Shown here: one piece after another, positions 16,509 to 26,201 of the stretch
Numbering within the stretch: position 1 is the first letter of the stretch
Layout of the letters: every line of letters begins with the position of its first letter
NCBI GenBank assembly: GCA_964612105.1
Contig: CAZTEU010000001.1
Span: 147,437-211,436 of the forward strand
DNA: 64,000 nt
Direction of reading: 5' to 3'
Source of the DNA: an uncultured Gammaproteobacteria bacterium
GTDB taxonomy: Bacteria; Patescibacteriota; Patescibacteriia; Magasanikbacterales; UBA922
Notes under the pieces: generated by a model
Told to the model about the DNA's origin: nothing
Databases searched by the model: none
Seen by the model: the letters and a program-made list of their open reading frames with translations, nothing else
Program-made: the position numbers and the translations under genes

Positions 16509-17920
16509 TATCCAAATCTAAATTCCTCTGAATCATTTACTTCTCCTGCATCTGTTCTGTACAGGTTAACTTTCTTTTCTTCGTCTTCTACATCTTCACC
16601 ATCGTCTTGTAGTGGAAGGTCTGGAATTTCCTCAGTAGGAAGACCGATTGGAGGTTCTACTCTCTTTCCTTCCGCTTTTTGTACAAGTGGAGTCTTTACG
16701 TGTGACATTGGGAAGTGCCAAATAGTTGCAAGCTCTTCTATGTTCATAACATATGTAGAAGCTCCTGCGTTAGCTTTTCTTTTCTTGTATGCTCTCATTA
16801 ATAACTCCTTGCGATATTTATCTCTAGATTTCTTAAAAAAATATGACGTGTTTGCCTTAAAAGATGGCACGATTGAGTTTGCAGTTGGGATATTGTACTG
16901 GTTCATTGCACCAACCAGCGCATTAATACCGCGTGCAGGGCGATACACTTCCTTCCTTGCAACATATATTGCACGTATCTTTGTTTTAAAACCAATTTTA
17001 CTTATCTTATCTTCCATTGCTTCCAGTATCTTTGATTGTCCTGGTGTCATGTATTTTAACTGATTCTTCTCCTCACTTTTCTCTTCTTTTTTTACGCTTG
17101 GTTCTCTCAGAAAGACTTCATCACCAACAGCTTCTAATGACTTATAAAAAGCATCCGAAACATAGTCGCCAGCTGTTTTCTTAAACTTCTTCTTCTCACC
17201 GATTAAATCTTTAATCTTCTCAATTGCCTTCTCTTTCCAGCTATTGCTTATAGGTTCCACAATTATTTGCAACCACATCTGTTCACCCTGTCCAATTCTA
17301 CTAAAACTCTCCAAAAGTGTACCCATTGGATCTTTTAGTACAGTGTCCTTAGAGATTGAGTGCTCAAACTCCCTATACGAACGAATTGGATATGAATCAT
17401 CCTCAGCAAGAGAAAAATCTGTTGCCCATATATCATGGGTTTCATTTGGATAATTACCAGGTATATCTGTTGTATAGTCCTCTACTTCCACAATCTCTGC
17501 ATCTGGATACTGTGCATAAATTGCTGTCTCAACAAGCTCACGAAACTTTTCCTCTGTACGCACAAGAAATTGTATATATCCTTCTATACCTATGATTTCA
17601 AAACTAAAGCTACGCTGTTTCTTTCCATGATAGAACTTGTCTGCTATATTCTGATCTCTATACGCACCTGCTAGGTGGGAGAACATTTGTTCAACAGCTT
17701 TAGGTGTTTGTACATTTTCTTGAGGAATGTCTACAGCTAATAATATCCACTTCCAATCTGCTTTGTATTTATCTTGCTTATACTCCTTGTAATAATATAT
17801 TCCGAGGTATAGAAATAACCACGCAAAAAAAGTCCAACCTATTATTGAGAATAGCTGAAAAATTACATCAGAAGCTGGCTGTGTCAGGAAATCAATTAGA
17901 AAATTGAAATTTACCGTCAT
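16508..17920 (-). CDS. VirB4-like N-terminal (membrane) domain protein, split paralog of the N-half of 7565-10138
   Basis: 470 aa. N-terminal TM helix. FEIIGIEGYIQFLVRTEEKFRELVETAIYAQYPDAEIVE aligns with FEIVVHNQQIYFYVDLPVKRRQFFEQQIHAQFPHAQIEE. EELATIWHFPMSHVKTP aligns with EELASMWHLPLHSTEAP. No ATPase motifs. Confidence 0.65.
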   Translation of the reverse strand: MTVNFNFLIDFLTQPASDVIFQLFSIIGWTFFAWLFLYLGIYYYKEYKQDKYKADWKWILLAVDIPQENVQTPKAVEQMFSHLAGAYRDQNIADKFYHGKKQRSFSFEIIGIEGYIQFLVRTEEKFRELVETAIYAQYPDAEIVEVEDYTTDIPGNYPNETHDIWATDFSLAEDDSYPIRSYREFEHSISKDTVLKDPMGTLLESFSRIGQGEQMWLQIIVEPISNSWKEKAIEKIKDLIGEKKKFKKTAGDYVSDAFYKSLEAVGDEVFLREPSVKKEEKSEEKNQLKYMTPGQSKILEAMEDKISKIGFKTKIRAIYVARKEVYRPARGINALVGAMNQYNIPTANSIVPSFKANTSYFFKKSRDKYRKELLMRAYKKRKANAGASTYVMNIEELATIWHFPMSHVKTPLVQKAEGKRVEPPIGLPTEEIPDLPLQDDGEDVEDEEKKVNLYRTDAGEVNDSEEFRFG

Positions 17921-17933
17921 ATTCTATATTCTC

Positions 17934-18095
17934 CTAAACATCAATAAGTTTATACAGCGCAACATAGATAATGATAATAGAAAAAGCAGACCACCACCAT
18001 CCATTAGATGAAGATAAATAACCACCTATGTATGCTAGTAGAACCACCAAAGTTCCTGCAAATGCTATAAAATGACGTATAAAATTGTCTGTCAT
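17934..18095 (-). CDS. small membrane protein (53 aa), hypothetical
   Basis: Minus-strand ORF MTDNFIRHFIAFAGTLVVLLAYIGGYLSSSNGWWWSAFSIIIIYVALYKLIDV between secF and the N-domain gene. Two hydrophobic segments. Below the ORF-track size cutoff. Confidence 0.3.
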   Translation of the reverse strand: MTDNFIRHFIAFAGTLVVLLAYIGGYLSSSNGWWWSAFSIIIIYVALYKLIDV

Positions 18096-18184
18096 ACTTT
18101 TTACAAAATGATTTATAACAATGGAAGTATATCATAAACAAAAAATCCCTCCAACAGGAGAGATTATATAATTATTATAATGTG

Positions 18185-19141
18185 TTATTTGTCTCTGTAC
18201 TTAAATCTCTCCCAAACAACAAGCAGTGGACTTGCTAGGAACAAAGATGAATAGGTACCAAGTGCAATTCCTACAATTAGAGCAAGTGCAAAGTATTTAA
18301 TTGATTCTCCACCAAATAAGAACAGAGAAAATAATACTAATAATGTTGTTGCTGATGTGTTTAATGACCTAACAAGAGTCTGATTAACTCCCATGTTTAC
18401 TGTCTCAGAAAATCTGTCAGACCCGCGCTTAATTAAGTTTTCTCTTACGCGATCAAATACAACAATAGTGTCGTTTACTGAATATCCAAGAATAGTTAGA
18501 AGTGCAACTACAAATGGTATATTCACTTCTATTCCCATGAAATGACCAAGCAGAGCAAATACACCCATTGTTATCGTAATATCGTGAACAAGAGCAATAA
18601 TAGCTGTTACACCATATTTCCAAGACTTAATTGGCTTTGATACTTTTCTAAATGCATATGCAATAAACAATACAATTGCAAAGATAACAACAAGCGCAGC
18701 TTTCCATGCACGAGAGCGTAGATATGAGCTAATTGCTGGTCCAATTGTTTCTATGCGCTCCTCTAATACCAAATTACCTTCCTCACCTTCTACACCCTCT
18801 GTCTCATAGGCACTACGAACATGAGCTAAGATTTCCTGATGCTCATCTTCTGAGATAAATTTTAGTTTCAGTATTACCCCTTTATCTTCGATAGGCTGTG
18901 CAACAATAGAACCATAATCCAATTCTGCAAGCGTATCTCTCATTTCTGACATCTCAGGTCTTTCTTGCGTAAACGATAATTCTATAAGTGAACCACCTGT
19001 AAAGTCTATTCCTGGTTTAAGTCCATATGCCACCAAAATAACAACACTGGACAGGAATATAACTGCAGAAAGAGTAAAACTAATTTTCCTATTTTTAATT
19101 ATTCCTATCATACTTGTTTTTTTGAACCTAGAAATAGCCAA
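18185..19141 (-). CDS. secF: protein translocase subunit SecF
   Basis: 6-TM SecF topology with GIDFTGGSLIEL. Overlaps secD by 34 nt. Confidence 0.85.
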   Translation of the reverse strand: MAISRFKKTSMIGIIKNRKISFTLSAVIFLSSVVILVAYGLKPGIDFTGGSLIELSFTQERPEMSEMRDTLAELDYGSIVAQPIEDKGVILKLKFISEDEHQEILAHVRSAYETEGVEGEEGNLVLEERIETIGPAISSYLRSRAWKAALVVIFAIVLFIAYAFRKVSKPIKSWKYGVTAIIALVHDITITMGVFALLGHFMGIEVNIPFVVALLTILGYSVNDTIVVFDRVRENLIKRGSDRFSETVNMGVNQTLVRSLNTSATTLLVLFSLFLFGGESIKYFALALIVGIALGTYSSLFLASPLLVVWERFKYRDK

Positions 19142-21141
19142 CTACCATGTTCCTTAAACCAAGGCACAATAAATCTCAACATTACTCTTGTTATTGTAAT
19201 TGCTGAGAACATACTTAGTAATATTCCAATGAACAATGTTACAGCAAAACCTTTTACAAAACTAGAACCAAAACCAATCAACATTACACATGTGATTAGT
19301 GTTGATATGTTTCCATCACGAATAGAAGTCCATGCACGTATAAATCCTTCCTCAACTGCAGCCTTAAGACTTTTTCCATCTTTTAGTTCTTCTTTTAATC
19401 TCTCAAATATAAGAACATTAGCATCCACTGCCATACCTATAGAAAGTATAAACCCTGCAATACCGGCAAGTGTTAATGTAACACCTATCAATTTAAATAT
19501 AGCTAGTGTTAGTGCAATATATACAGATAGTGAAATTACAGAAAGTAATCCTGGAAGTCTGTAGTACAGGAACATAAATAGCATTACAAGTAAAACTCCA
19601 GAAACTCCAGCCTTAAGACTCTTTTCTAGTGAAGCTTGTCCTAGTGTTGCCCCTATTGCCTGCTGAGAAATAAGTTCTACAGGAACAGGCAAAGCACCAG
19701 CATTCAGTCTTTGTGAAAGCAATCTTGCTTCTGTGAGATTAAAATTACCTGTAATAACAGCTCTACCATCCGTAATTGCCTGTTGTACTGTTGGTGCACT
19801 TATAATGTTACCATCAAGAAATATTGCAATTGGTTCTCCTACATGCTTTTCTGTCAGATCTGCAAATAACTTTTTTCCTTCACTATCAAACGAAAGTGAA
19901 ACCTGTATAGCCCCTGTTTGTGAATTGGACACAACCTCTGCTCTTTCTAGCTGTTTTCCTGATAATTCTGTGTTTTGCCAAGGTTCTGCTGTTGGTAAAA
20001 TATCAGATGCGGTATTCTTCTTGGTGGATATGCGCCACAGCTCATATTCAACGGGGCTTTCTTTCTTATATATAACATGATATCCAAACTGAGTTTCCAC
20101 TGGTTTGACTATCTCTCCTTCTTGTACGGCAAATACAGCGTCTTCAAATTCTTTTACCATTTGCCCTCTACCAAAGGAACCCAAATCACCACCAGAGACG
20201 TTTGCTCCGGCTTCGTGCGAAAATTCTTTTGCTAGGGCCTCAAAATTACTTGCGTTTGCTTTTTCAAAAATCTCATGTGCTTTGTCCAGAGCTTCTTGTT
20301 TTGTGTATTGAGGATTCTCACAAGAGTTTGCTCCTAAATAACATATTAGTATATGACTAGCACTGACCTGTTCTTCACTTTTTCTACTAATTCCACGCTT
20401 CACAACATGGAAAGCATCGCCTGTGTCTATTAACTTATTTGTAATTGCTCCCTCACCCCTATTCTTTGCCCAGGCAATAATCTCTGGAGCCTGTGTTTCT
20501 GTAACAAAGCCCAGATAACCACCATTATTTTTAGATTGCAAGTCTTCCGAATATTCTCGTGCGATTTCTTCAAAGTCTTCTCCCCCTCTTACTTTATTTA
20601 GCGCTTCTTTAGTACGTGTTTCTACCTCATTATTAAACTCATCTAGTTCTTTCTGCTCATCTTCTGTCAATTCTCTTGGTGGGGTTGTGTTTTCTTCCTT
20701 AAATTCAAGAATAGGAGTCTCCCCTATCATATTTATAGCCTGATTAACATCTGTCACTCCAGGAAGTTCCACAACAATACGGTAATCATCACCCACCTTA
20801 GAAGTCTGCACATTAGGTTCACCAATACCAAGACCGTTTACACGTCTTTCTATCACATCTCTTCCACCTTCTACGGCTGCTGCTCGCTCATTTGCTTCCA
20901 AATTTGACACATCCGCCTGGTACACAAGATGAGCACCACCTTGTAGGTCCAGACCTAAAGCAAATGGTTTTTCTGGAACATTAGGTATTCCAACATGTGT
21001 AACATCGTTTACTTTATTGAAAACACGATTTGCAACAGTTGGCGCATCATATATTGCTGTAATTGCAAGAAGAGCAAATATACCAAAAATCCCCCAACGA
21101 ATCTTGGAGCGAAGCTGTGATTGTGTTTTTTCCGTTCGCAT
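19108..21141 (-). CDS. secD: protein translocase subunit SecD with an inserted parvulin-type PPIase domain
   Basis: 677 aa. P1 head GETPILEF, then approximately aa 150-365 = 1.5 PpiC domains (SASHILI...GGDLGSFGRGQMVKEFEDAVFAVQEGEIVKPVETQFGYHVIYK). After that comes the canonical P1 base (PIAIFLDGNIISAPTVQ...ITGNF...AGALPVP) and 6 TM helices. Confidence 0.8.
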   Translation of the reverse strand: MRTEKTQSQLRSKIRWGIFGIFALLAITAIYDAPTVANRVFNKVNDVTHVGIPNVPEKPFALGLDLQGGAHLVYQADVSNLEANERAAAVEGGRDVIERRVNGLGIGEPNVQTSKVGDDYRIVVELPGVTDVNQAINMIGETPILEFKEENTTPPRELTEDEQKELDEFNNEVETRTKEALNKVRGGEDFEEIAREYSEDLQSKNNGGYLGFVTETQAPEIIAWAKNRGEGAITNKLIDTGDAFHVVKRGISRKSEEQVSASHILICYLGANSCENPQYTKQEALDKAHEIFEKANASNFEALAKEFSHEAGANVSGGDLGSFGRGQMVKEFEDAVFAVQEGEIVKPVETQFGYHVIYKKESPVEYELWRISTKKNTASDILPTAEPWQNTELSGKQLERAEVVSNSQTGAIQVSLSFDSEGKKLFADLTEKHVGEPIAIFLDGNIISAPTVQQAITDGRAVITGNFNLTEARLLSQRLNAGALPVPVELISQQAIGATLGQASLEKSLKAGVSGVLLVMLFMFLYYRLPGLLSVISLSVYIALTLAIFKLIGVTLTLAGIAGFILSIGMAVDANVLIFERLKEELKDGKSLKAAVEEGFIRAWTSIRDGNISTLITCVMLIGFGSSFVKGFAVTLFIGILLSMFSAITITRVMLRFIVPWFKEHGSWLFLGSKKQV

Positions 21142-21192
21142 ATCTATTAGTGCGCGTATTGTACAAAATTTATAAAATCAAGTCAATATAGT

Positions 21193-23970
21193 TTATGCAC
21201 CGTGACATTTCTTATATTTTTTTCCACTACCACAAGTGCACGGATCATTCCTTCCAACCTTATGTCCGGTTTCATCTCGTTCTTTTCTCTTAATGTGAAC
21301 CCCTTGTTCACTCATTGTCTTTTTAGCACCCTCTAAAGTCATCTTATCACCTGCCATAATTGTCGGAGCTAGTTGTATTCCTATCCCCACTTTAAAGAAC
21401 GAGTAAACAATTTCTTTTTGTATATTACTTAGAAGAGAGTTAAATAGATGATAACTTTCTTTCTTATACTCTACAAGTGGATCTCTTTGTCCATATCCTC
21501 TCAAACCAATACCTGTACGTAAATAATCAAGTGAAACCAAATGATCAACCCAAAGAGCGTCTATTGCGCGCAACATTATAGAACTTTCAAATGCTGTAGC
21601 TAATTGTTCTGGAGTCTTATCGTCTTGTGCATGCGTTTTTACATGCTCATTTATCTTGTTATATTCCTCGGTAGCTTTTTCCATTAAGAAAGAAACAATT
21701 GCTTCACGAGCTTTTACATCATCTACTTTTCCTTCTCCGTTTTTACCAAGTGAAAATAGTTTCTCACGATCATTATTATTTAGTGGAAAAATAGTCTTCG
21801 CTGTTTCATAAATTTCCTTCATGTTCCACTCTTTAGATCCTTGCTGAGATTCCCCTTCTATAACCTGTGGATTAGTGTGATAGCTAACTACAAACTCTAT
21901 CTCGCTCTCAATCATGTCCATTATCATCTCTTTTGATGTTCTTTCGTGCTTCTTCTCTTCATCTTCTAAGTCCAATATTGCTCTACGTTTTTCATAAACA
22001 ACTTCACGATGACGATTTAATACATCATCATAATTAAGAAGGTGTTTACGTGTATCAAAGTGCATAGACTCAACCTTCTTCTGAGCATTTTCTAGCATTC
22101 TGGATATCATTTTTTGCTCAATTGGCATATCATCTGGCACTTTTAATCTTTCCATTACAGATTTTAATCTATCTCCTGCAAAAATACGCATTAATTCATC
22201 ATCTGTAGAAACAAAAAATTGGGTGTCTCCAGGATCTCCCTGACGCGCAGCACGACCACGTAACTGATTATCTATACGTCTTGACTCATGTCTCTCTGTA
22301 CCAAGTACAAACAAACCACCCGCTTCCAATACTTTTTTCTCATCTTCTTTATTAACTGGATTTCCACCTAACTTAATGTCCACACCACGTCCAGCCATGT
22401 TTGTAGCAAGAGTAACAGCACCTGGACGACCCGCCTGTGCAACTATCTCTCCCTCACGCTCATGGTTCTTTGCATTAAGTGCCTCATGAGCTATTCCATT
22501 AGCTGTAAGGAACATACTAAGCTCTTCATTCTTTTCCACAGAAATTGTACCAACTAAGACAGGCTGGTTCTTTTCCTGACATTTTCTTATTAGTTCCGCT
22601 GTCGCCTTATACTTTGCCTGCTCTGTCTTATATATACGATCTGGCAAATCTTTTCTTGCGTCCGGCTTGTTTGTTGGAATTACGTGAACATCTAAACCAT
22701 ATATTTTGAAAAACTCCTCTTTTTCTGTTTCTGCTGTACCTGTCATTCCGGACAACTTCTTATACATCCTAAACAAATTCTGGAAGGTAATTGTTGCCAA
22801 AGTTCTACTTTCTCTTTGTATCTGCACACCCTCTTTTGCTTCTATCGCTTGATGCAAACCTTCTGAATACCTACGACCAGGCATTTTACGACCTGTAAAC
22901 TCATCAATAATTACTATTTCATCACCGTCTACAACATATTCCTTATCTCTCTTAAACAAGACCTCGGCTTTTAATGCCTGCTCAATATGATGAACCATTC
23001 TTAATCCACCTTCAACATATATATTTTCCACACCAAGCCATTCCTCAAACTTAGCTATTCCAGCATCTGTAAGAGTAGAACTACGCATCTTTTCATCTAT
23101 ATTATAATCTTCGTTTTCTTTTAGTTGCTTAACCAAACGAGCAAACTGATAATACTGGTCAGCCGCTTCTTCTGCAGGTGCAGAAATAATAAGTGGAGTT
23201 CTTGATTCATCAATTAAAATTGAGTCTACCTCATCGATAATACAGTAATTCATTTCGTCACCCGGGCGCATAACCATATCATCCAGTTTCTGCACCATGT
23301 TGTCACGAAGGTAATCAAAACCATACTCGTTGTTTGTTCCATAAGTTATGTCACAACGATATGCCTCTTTTCTACTGACAGGTCTAAGAAATTCATCCTC
23401 AACCTTAAAACTACCTGTACCATCCCTCTCCTCATCCAACTCTCCACCCTCTTCTCCCCCACTAAAAGATGCATCATAAACAAAGCTCACTCTTTGGTTC
23501 TGTACAACACTAACTGTAAGACCAAGATAATCATATATCTGTGCCATCCATACAGCATCACGTTTTGCCAAATAATCATTTACTGTTACAACATGAACAC
23601 CCTTTTCTTCCAATGCGTTTAAATAAGTAGGTAGAGTGGCAACGAGAGTCTTACCTTCACCTGTTCTCATCTCAGCTATCACACCCTTATGTAGAGAAAT
23701 ACCACCGACAAGTTGCACATCATAATGACGCATGTTTAATACACGACGACCAACTTCTCTTACAACAGCAAAAGCCTCTGGAAGAATATCATCCAAAGTT
23801 TCACCCTTCTTTAATCTTTCCTTAAACTCCCCTGTCTTGGCTTTTAATTTGTTATCAGAAAGAGCCTTCATGGAAGGTTCTAAACTATTTATCTTATCAA
23901 CGGTTGGCTGATAAGATTTCATCTTCTTTTTGTTTTGATCACCAAGTAATTTCTCTAGAAATTTAGCCAT
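21193..23970 (-). CDS. secA: preprotein translocase ATPase SecA
   Basis: 925 aa. DEAD motor motifs and C-terminal zinc finger CTCGSGKKYKKCHG. Confidence 0.9.
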   Translation of the reverse strand: MAKFLEKLLGDQNKKKMKSYQPTVDKINSLEPSMKALSDNKLKAKTGEFKERLKKGETLDDILPEAFAVVREVGRRVLNMRHYDVQLVGGISLHKGVIAEMRTGEGKTLVATLPTYLNALEEKGVHVVTVNDYLAKRDAVWMAQIYDYLGLTVSVVQNQRVSFVYDASFSGGEEGGELDEERDGTGSFKVEDEFLRPVSRKEAYRCDITYGTNNEYGFDYLRDNMVQKLDDMVMRPGDEMNYCIIDEVDSILIDESRTPLIISAPAEEAADQYYQFARLVKQLKENEDYNIDEKMRSSTLTDAGIAKFEEWLGVENIYVEGGLRMVHHIEQALKAEVLFKRDKEYVVDGDEIVIIDEFTGRKMPGRRYSEGLHQAIEAKEGVQIQRESRTLATITFQNLFRMYKKLSGMTGTAETEKEEFFKIYGLDVHVIPTNKPDARKDLPDRIYKTEQAKYKATAELIRKCQEKNQPVLVGTISVEKNEELSMFLTANGIAHEALNAKNHEREGEIVAQAGRPGAVTLATNMAGRGVDIKLGGNPVNKEDEKKVLEAGGLFVLGTERHESRRIDNQLRGRAARQGDPGDTQFFVSTDDELMRIFAGDRLKSVMERLKVPDDMPIEQKMISRMLENAQKKVESMHFDTRKHLLNYDDVLNRHREVVYEKRRAILDLEDEEKKHERTSKEMIMDMIESEIEFVVSYHTNPQVIEGESQQGSKEWNMKEIYETAKTIFPLNNNDREKLFSLGKNGEGKVDDVKAREAIVSFLMEKATEEYNKINEHVKTHAQDDKTPEQLATAFESSIMLRAIDALWVDHLVSLDYLRTGIGLRGYGQRDPLVEYKKESYHLFNSLLSNIQKEIVYSFFKVGIGIQLAPTIMAGDKMTLEGAKKTMSEQGVHIKRKERDETGHKVGRNDPCTCGSGKKYKKCHGA

Positions 23971-24148
23971 AATTTATGATTTTTTTGCCTGGCGATTATA
24001 ACAAAAAACAAACATATTGTCTAGTCTCTAATTACATAACTCAACAAACAAAAAATCACCCGTATTAGGATGAATGTTTCATCCTACCCAGTACTCACGA
24101 CTAGGTAGGATGTGCCTCCTTATTGGTCAGGAGTGACCGTAGATCTCC

Positions 24149-24964
24149 TTATCCCTTCTTGAGACGCAGAATTCGGTCCGTGCTGTGGAAGTTGTTGTCG
24201 AGATTGTCCCAGCGCTGTCTCCAGTGATCCGCGTGCCAGTAGACACAGCTGACGAGCTTGTTGTGGTCAGGGTTACGCCAGTCTGTGAAGACAAACACTA
24301 CCCTGTCTCGGAGCACGATGGGGATCTCGTCTTGGTGCTCCAACAAGTGCCGACCATGCTTTTCGCCGAGATGGGCATACCCAATCGTGGCACGCGCGAC
24401 CATGGCTTCGCCTCTGACACTCTCCTCACTATCTTCCAGGAAGTTGATAATCTCGTAGGTGCGGTCACCAACGGTCATCTCGGTCGGGAGAGCATCCTCT
24501 TCCTGCTTGAGACGCAGGATTCGGCTGATATTGCGGAACTGGTAGCCAATCCATTGCCATTGTCTCATCCAGTGTTTGCCATTCCAGTGTATGGTGCAAA
24601 TGTCCCCAGGATTGGCGTAATCGCGACGCCAGTTCGTGAAGACGAAGGTATTACCCCGTAGCTCGACTGGAATCTGGTGTTGGTGTTTCAGCAGATGTTC
24701 GCCTGCTTCCTTATTGGGGTTTGCGTCAATCTCGCTCACACGCCTCACCACTGTCTGACCATCTACCGACCCCTCTCCTTCCTCGTGGAACCCGAGAATC
24801 TCGTAGGTGCGGTCACCAACGGTCATCTCCTGAGGAAGGGAATCCCGGAAGAGCTTGTCGCAGAACCTCTTGACCTTCCCGGTGTTTTCCGGGTTGATCA
24901 GGTCTTCGAATCTCTTTTCACCCAACTGCTCCCGCAGATGAGCCAATTTACGCAAGGTGCCCAT
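24149..24964 (-). CDS. hypothetical protein with two tandem ~115-aa repeats (GC-rich island)
   Basis: PQEMTVGDRTYEILGFHEEGEGSV...FVFTNWRRDYANP...RILRLKQ is repeated as PTEMTVGDRTYEIINFLEDSEESV...FVFTDWRNPDHN...RILRLKK. ATG at 24964 sits behind SD GGGTGAGGAGAG. The track's GTG at 24970 is rejected. Confidence 0.5.
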   Translation of the reverse strand: MGTLRKLAHLREQLGEKRFEDLINPENTGKVKRFCDKLFRDSLPQEMTVGDRTYEILGFHEEGEGSVDGQTVVRRVSEIDANPNKEAGEHLLKHQHQIPVELRGNTFVFTNWRRDYANPGDICTIHWNGKHWMRQWQWIGYQFRNISRILRLKQEEDALPTEMTVGDRTYEIINFLEDSEESVRGEAMVARATIGYAHLGEKHGRHLLEHQDEIPIVLRDRVVFVFTDWRNPDHNKLVSCVYWHADHWRQRWDNLDNNFHSTDRILRLKKG

Positions 24965-25198
24965 TTGCACCTCTCCTCACCCTTTTGTACAAAGGGTTCA
25001 CTCCTCACCAACATGACGAAGAGGAAGACGAGTTGGTGTTCAGGTCTTCTCTTTGCATACCTAAGTAAATATACACAGAGAAGACCTAAACCATAGTATT
25101 TTAAAGAGCTATTTGACTGGTCAGATTAACATTAAATCACTATTTTGTCAATATAACCTAATTATATAACATATTTACCTAATTCTAGCTATAAAGTA

Positions 25199-25227
25199 TT
25201 GACAAATCCCTATATTTATGCTAGTTT
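25199..25227 (+). promoter_or_regulatory. putative sigma70-like promoter for rpiB
   Basis: TTGACA, a 17-nt spacer, then a weak -10 TAGTTT. AT-rich. Confidence 0.3.
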
Positions 25228-25260
25228 ATGCTCACACCCCAAGGGGAAGGAGAGAAAATC

Positions 25261-25767
25261 ATGAGTAAATCACTCAACATCGTCATCACTTCCGACCATG
25301 CAGGTCTGGATATGCGGGCGGCAATCTGCGCTTACCTGCGCAAAGAAGGTCATGCAGTCATCGACCAGGGTCCACAGCCGGGAGAGGTTGTAGACTACCC
25401 GGAGTACGCGGAGGCTGCAGTACAAGCAATGCTCTGTGACATTCCTAGCGATGTGGACGACAGCATCAAGATCGATCTGGTCATCCTCATCTGCGGTACA
25501 GGCATCGGTATGAGCATCGTCGCGAACAAGTTCAGCGGTGTCAGTGCAGCTCTGGTACACGACCATCTCACCGCGAAATTCGCGAAAGAGCACAACAACG
25601 CGAACGTGCTCTGCCTGGGCTCACGTGTGACAGCTGATGTTGTCGCAGTCGACTGCGTTGCCACGTTCCTCGAGGCAAAGTTCGAAGAGCGCCACCAACG
25701 ACGCATTGACATGATCATGGACATCGAGGTGAACGGTTCATGTATCGGATCTTTGATGTCTGACTGA
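25261..25767 (+). CDS. rpiB: ribose-5-phosphate isomerase B
   Basis: MSKSLNIVITSDHAG...CGTGIGMSIVANK matches RpiB/LacAB. Start moved to ATG 25261, 8 nt after SD AAGGGGAAGGAGAG. GC-rich. Confidence 0.8.
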   Translation: MSKSLNIVITSDHAGLDMRAAICAYLRKEGHAVIDQGPQPGEVVDYPEYAEAAVQAMLCDIPSDVDDSIKIDLVILICGTGIGMSIVANKFSGVSAALVHDHLTAKFAKEHNNANVLCLGSRVTADVVAVDCVATFLEAKFEERHQRRIDMIMDIEVNGSCIGSLMSD

Positions 25768-25778
25768 ACAAGGAGATG

Positions 25779-25815
25779 AACCAAAAGCCCCCTTCGAACG
25801 ATTCGGAGGGGGCTG
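25779..25815. terminator. GC-rich hairpin terminator (functional T-run on the minus strand, serving hpf)
   Basis: AGCCCCCTTCG-aacgat-TCGGAGGGGGCT. On the minus strand it is followed by TTTTGG. Confidence 0.5.
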
Positions 25816-25847
25816 GCGGAACTTATCATTTAACAGATGGTATTTTT

Positions 25848-26192
25848 TTATCCCTGATATTCCTTCTGCTCTCTAATCATTTTCCTGTTCTTATCTCTCA
25901 TTTTTTCTTTCATCTTTTGCAATTCTATCTTAAAATGATCTTTCACTTTGTCCACTGCTTTGTATAAATCTTCTGCGTCTTTTACAACTCGCAATGTTTT
26001 GTTTGGTACTTTTATATTAACCTCTGCGTAATATATCTTTCCTTTTTGGTGATGATTAGAACGCTTTCCAATATCTATATCTGCCTTAATTATATTATCA
26101 AAATACTTTTCCAAACTACCTATCTTTTCTTCTGCATGCTCTCTTAATGATGATGTAAGATCAATATTGGTTGCGTTAATCGTGATATTCAT
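25848..26192 (-). CDS. hpf: ribosome hibernation promoting factor (RaiA/HPF family)
   Basis: MNITINATNIDLTSSLREHAEEKIGSLEKYF...YYAEVNIKV matches the YfiA/HPF fold signature. Confidence 0.8.
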   Translation of the reverse strand: MNITINATNIDLTSSLREHAEEKIGSLEKYFDNIIKADIDIGKRSNHHQKGKIYYAEVNIKVPNKTLRVVKDAEDLYKAVDKVKDHFKIELQKMKEKMRDKNRKMIREQKEYQG

Positions 26193-26201
26193 AACTTATA
26201 T

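Noticed and set aside
24185-25096. Plus-strand ORFs 24185-24661, 24258-24458 and 24677-25096
   Set aside because: They are antisense or alternative frames of the GC-rich tandem-repeat gene. They have no SD, whereas the minus-strand frame shows clear internal duplication and an SD.
25228-25260. Track start of rpiB at 25228 (MLTPQGEGEKIMSK)
   Set aside because: The SD AAGGGGAAGGAGAG lies inside this extension, 8 nt before ATG 25261, and RpiB homologs begin at MSKSLNIV. The upstream Met is therefore not the start.
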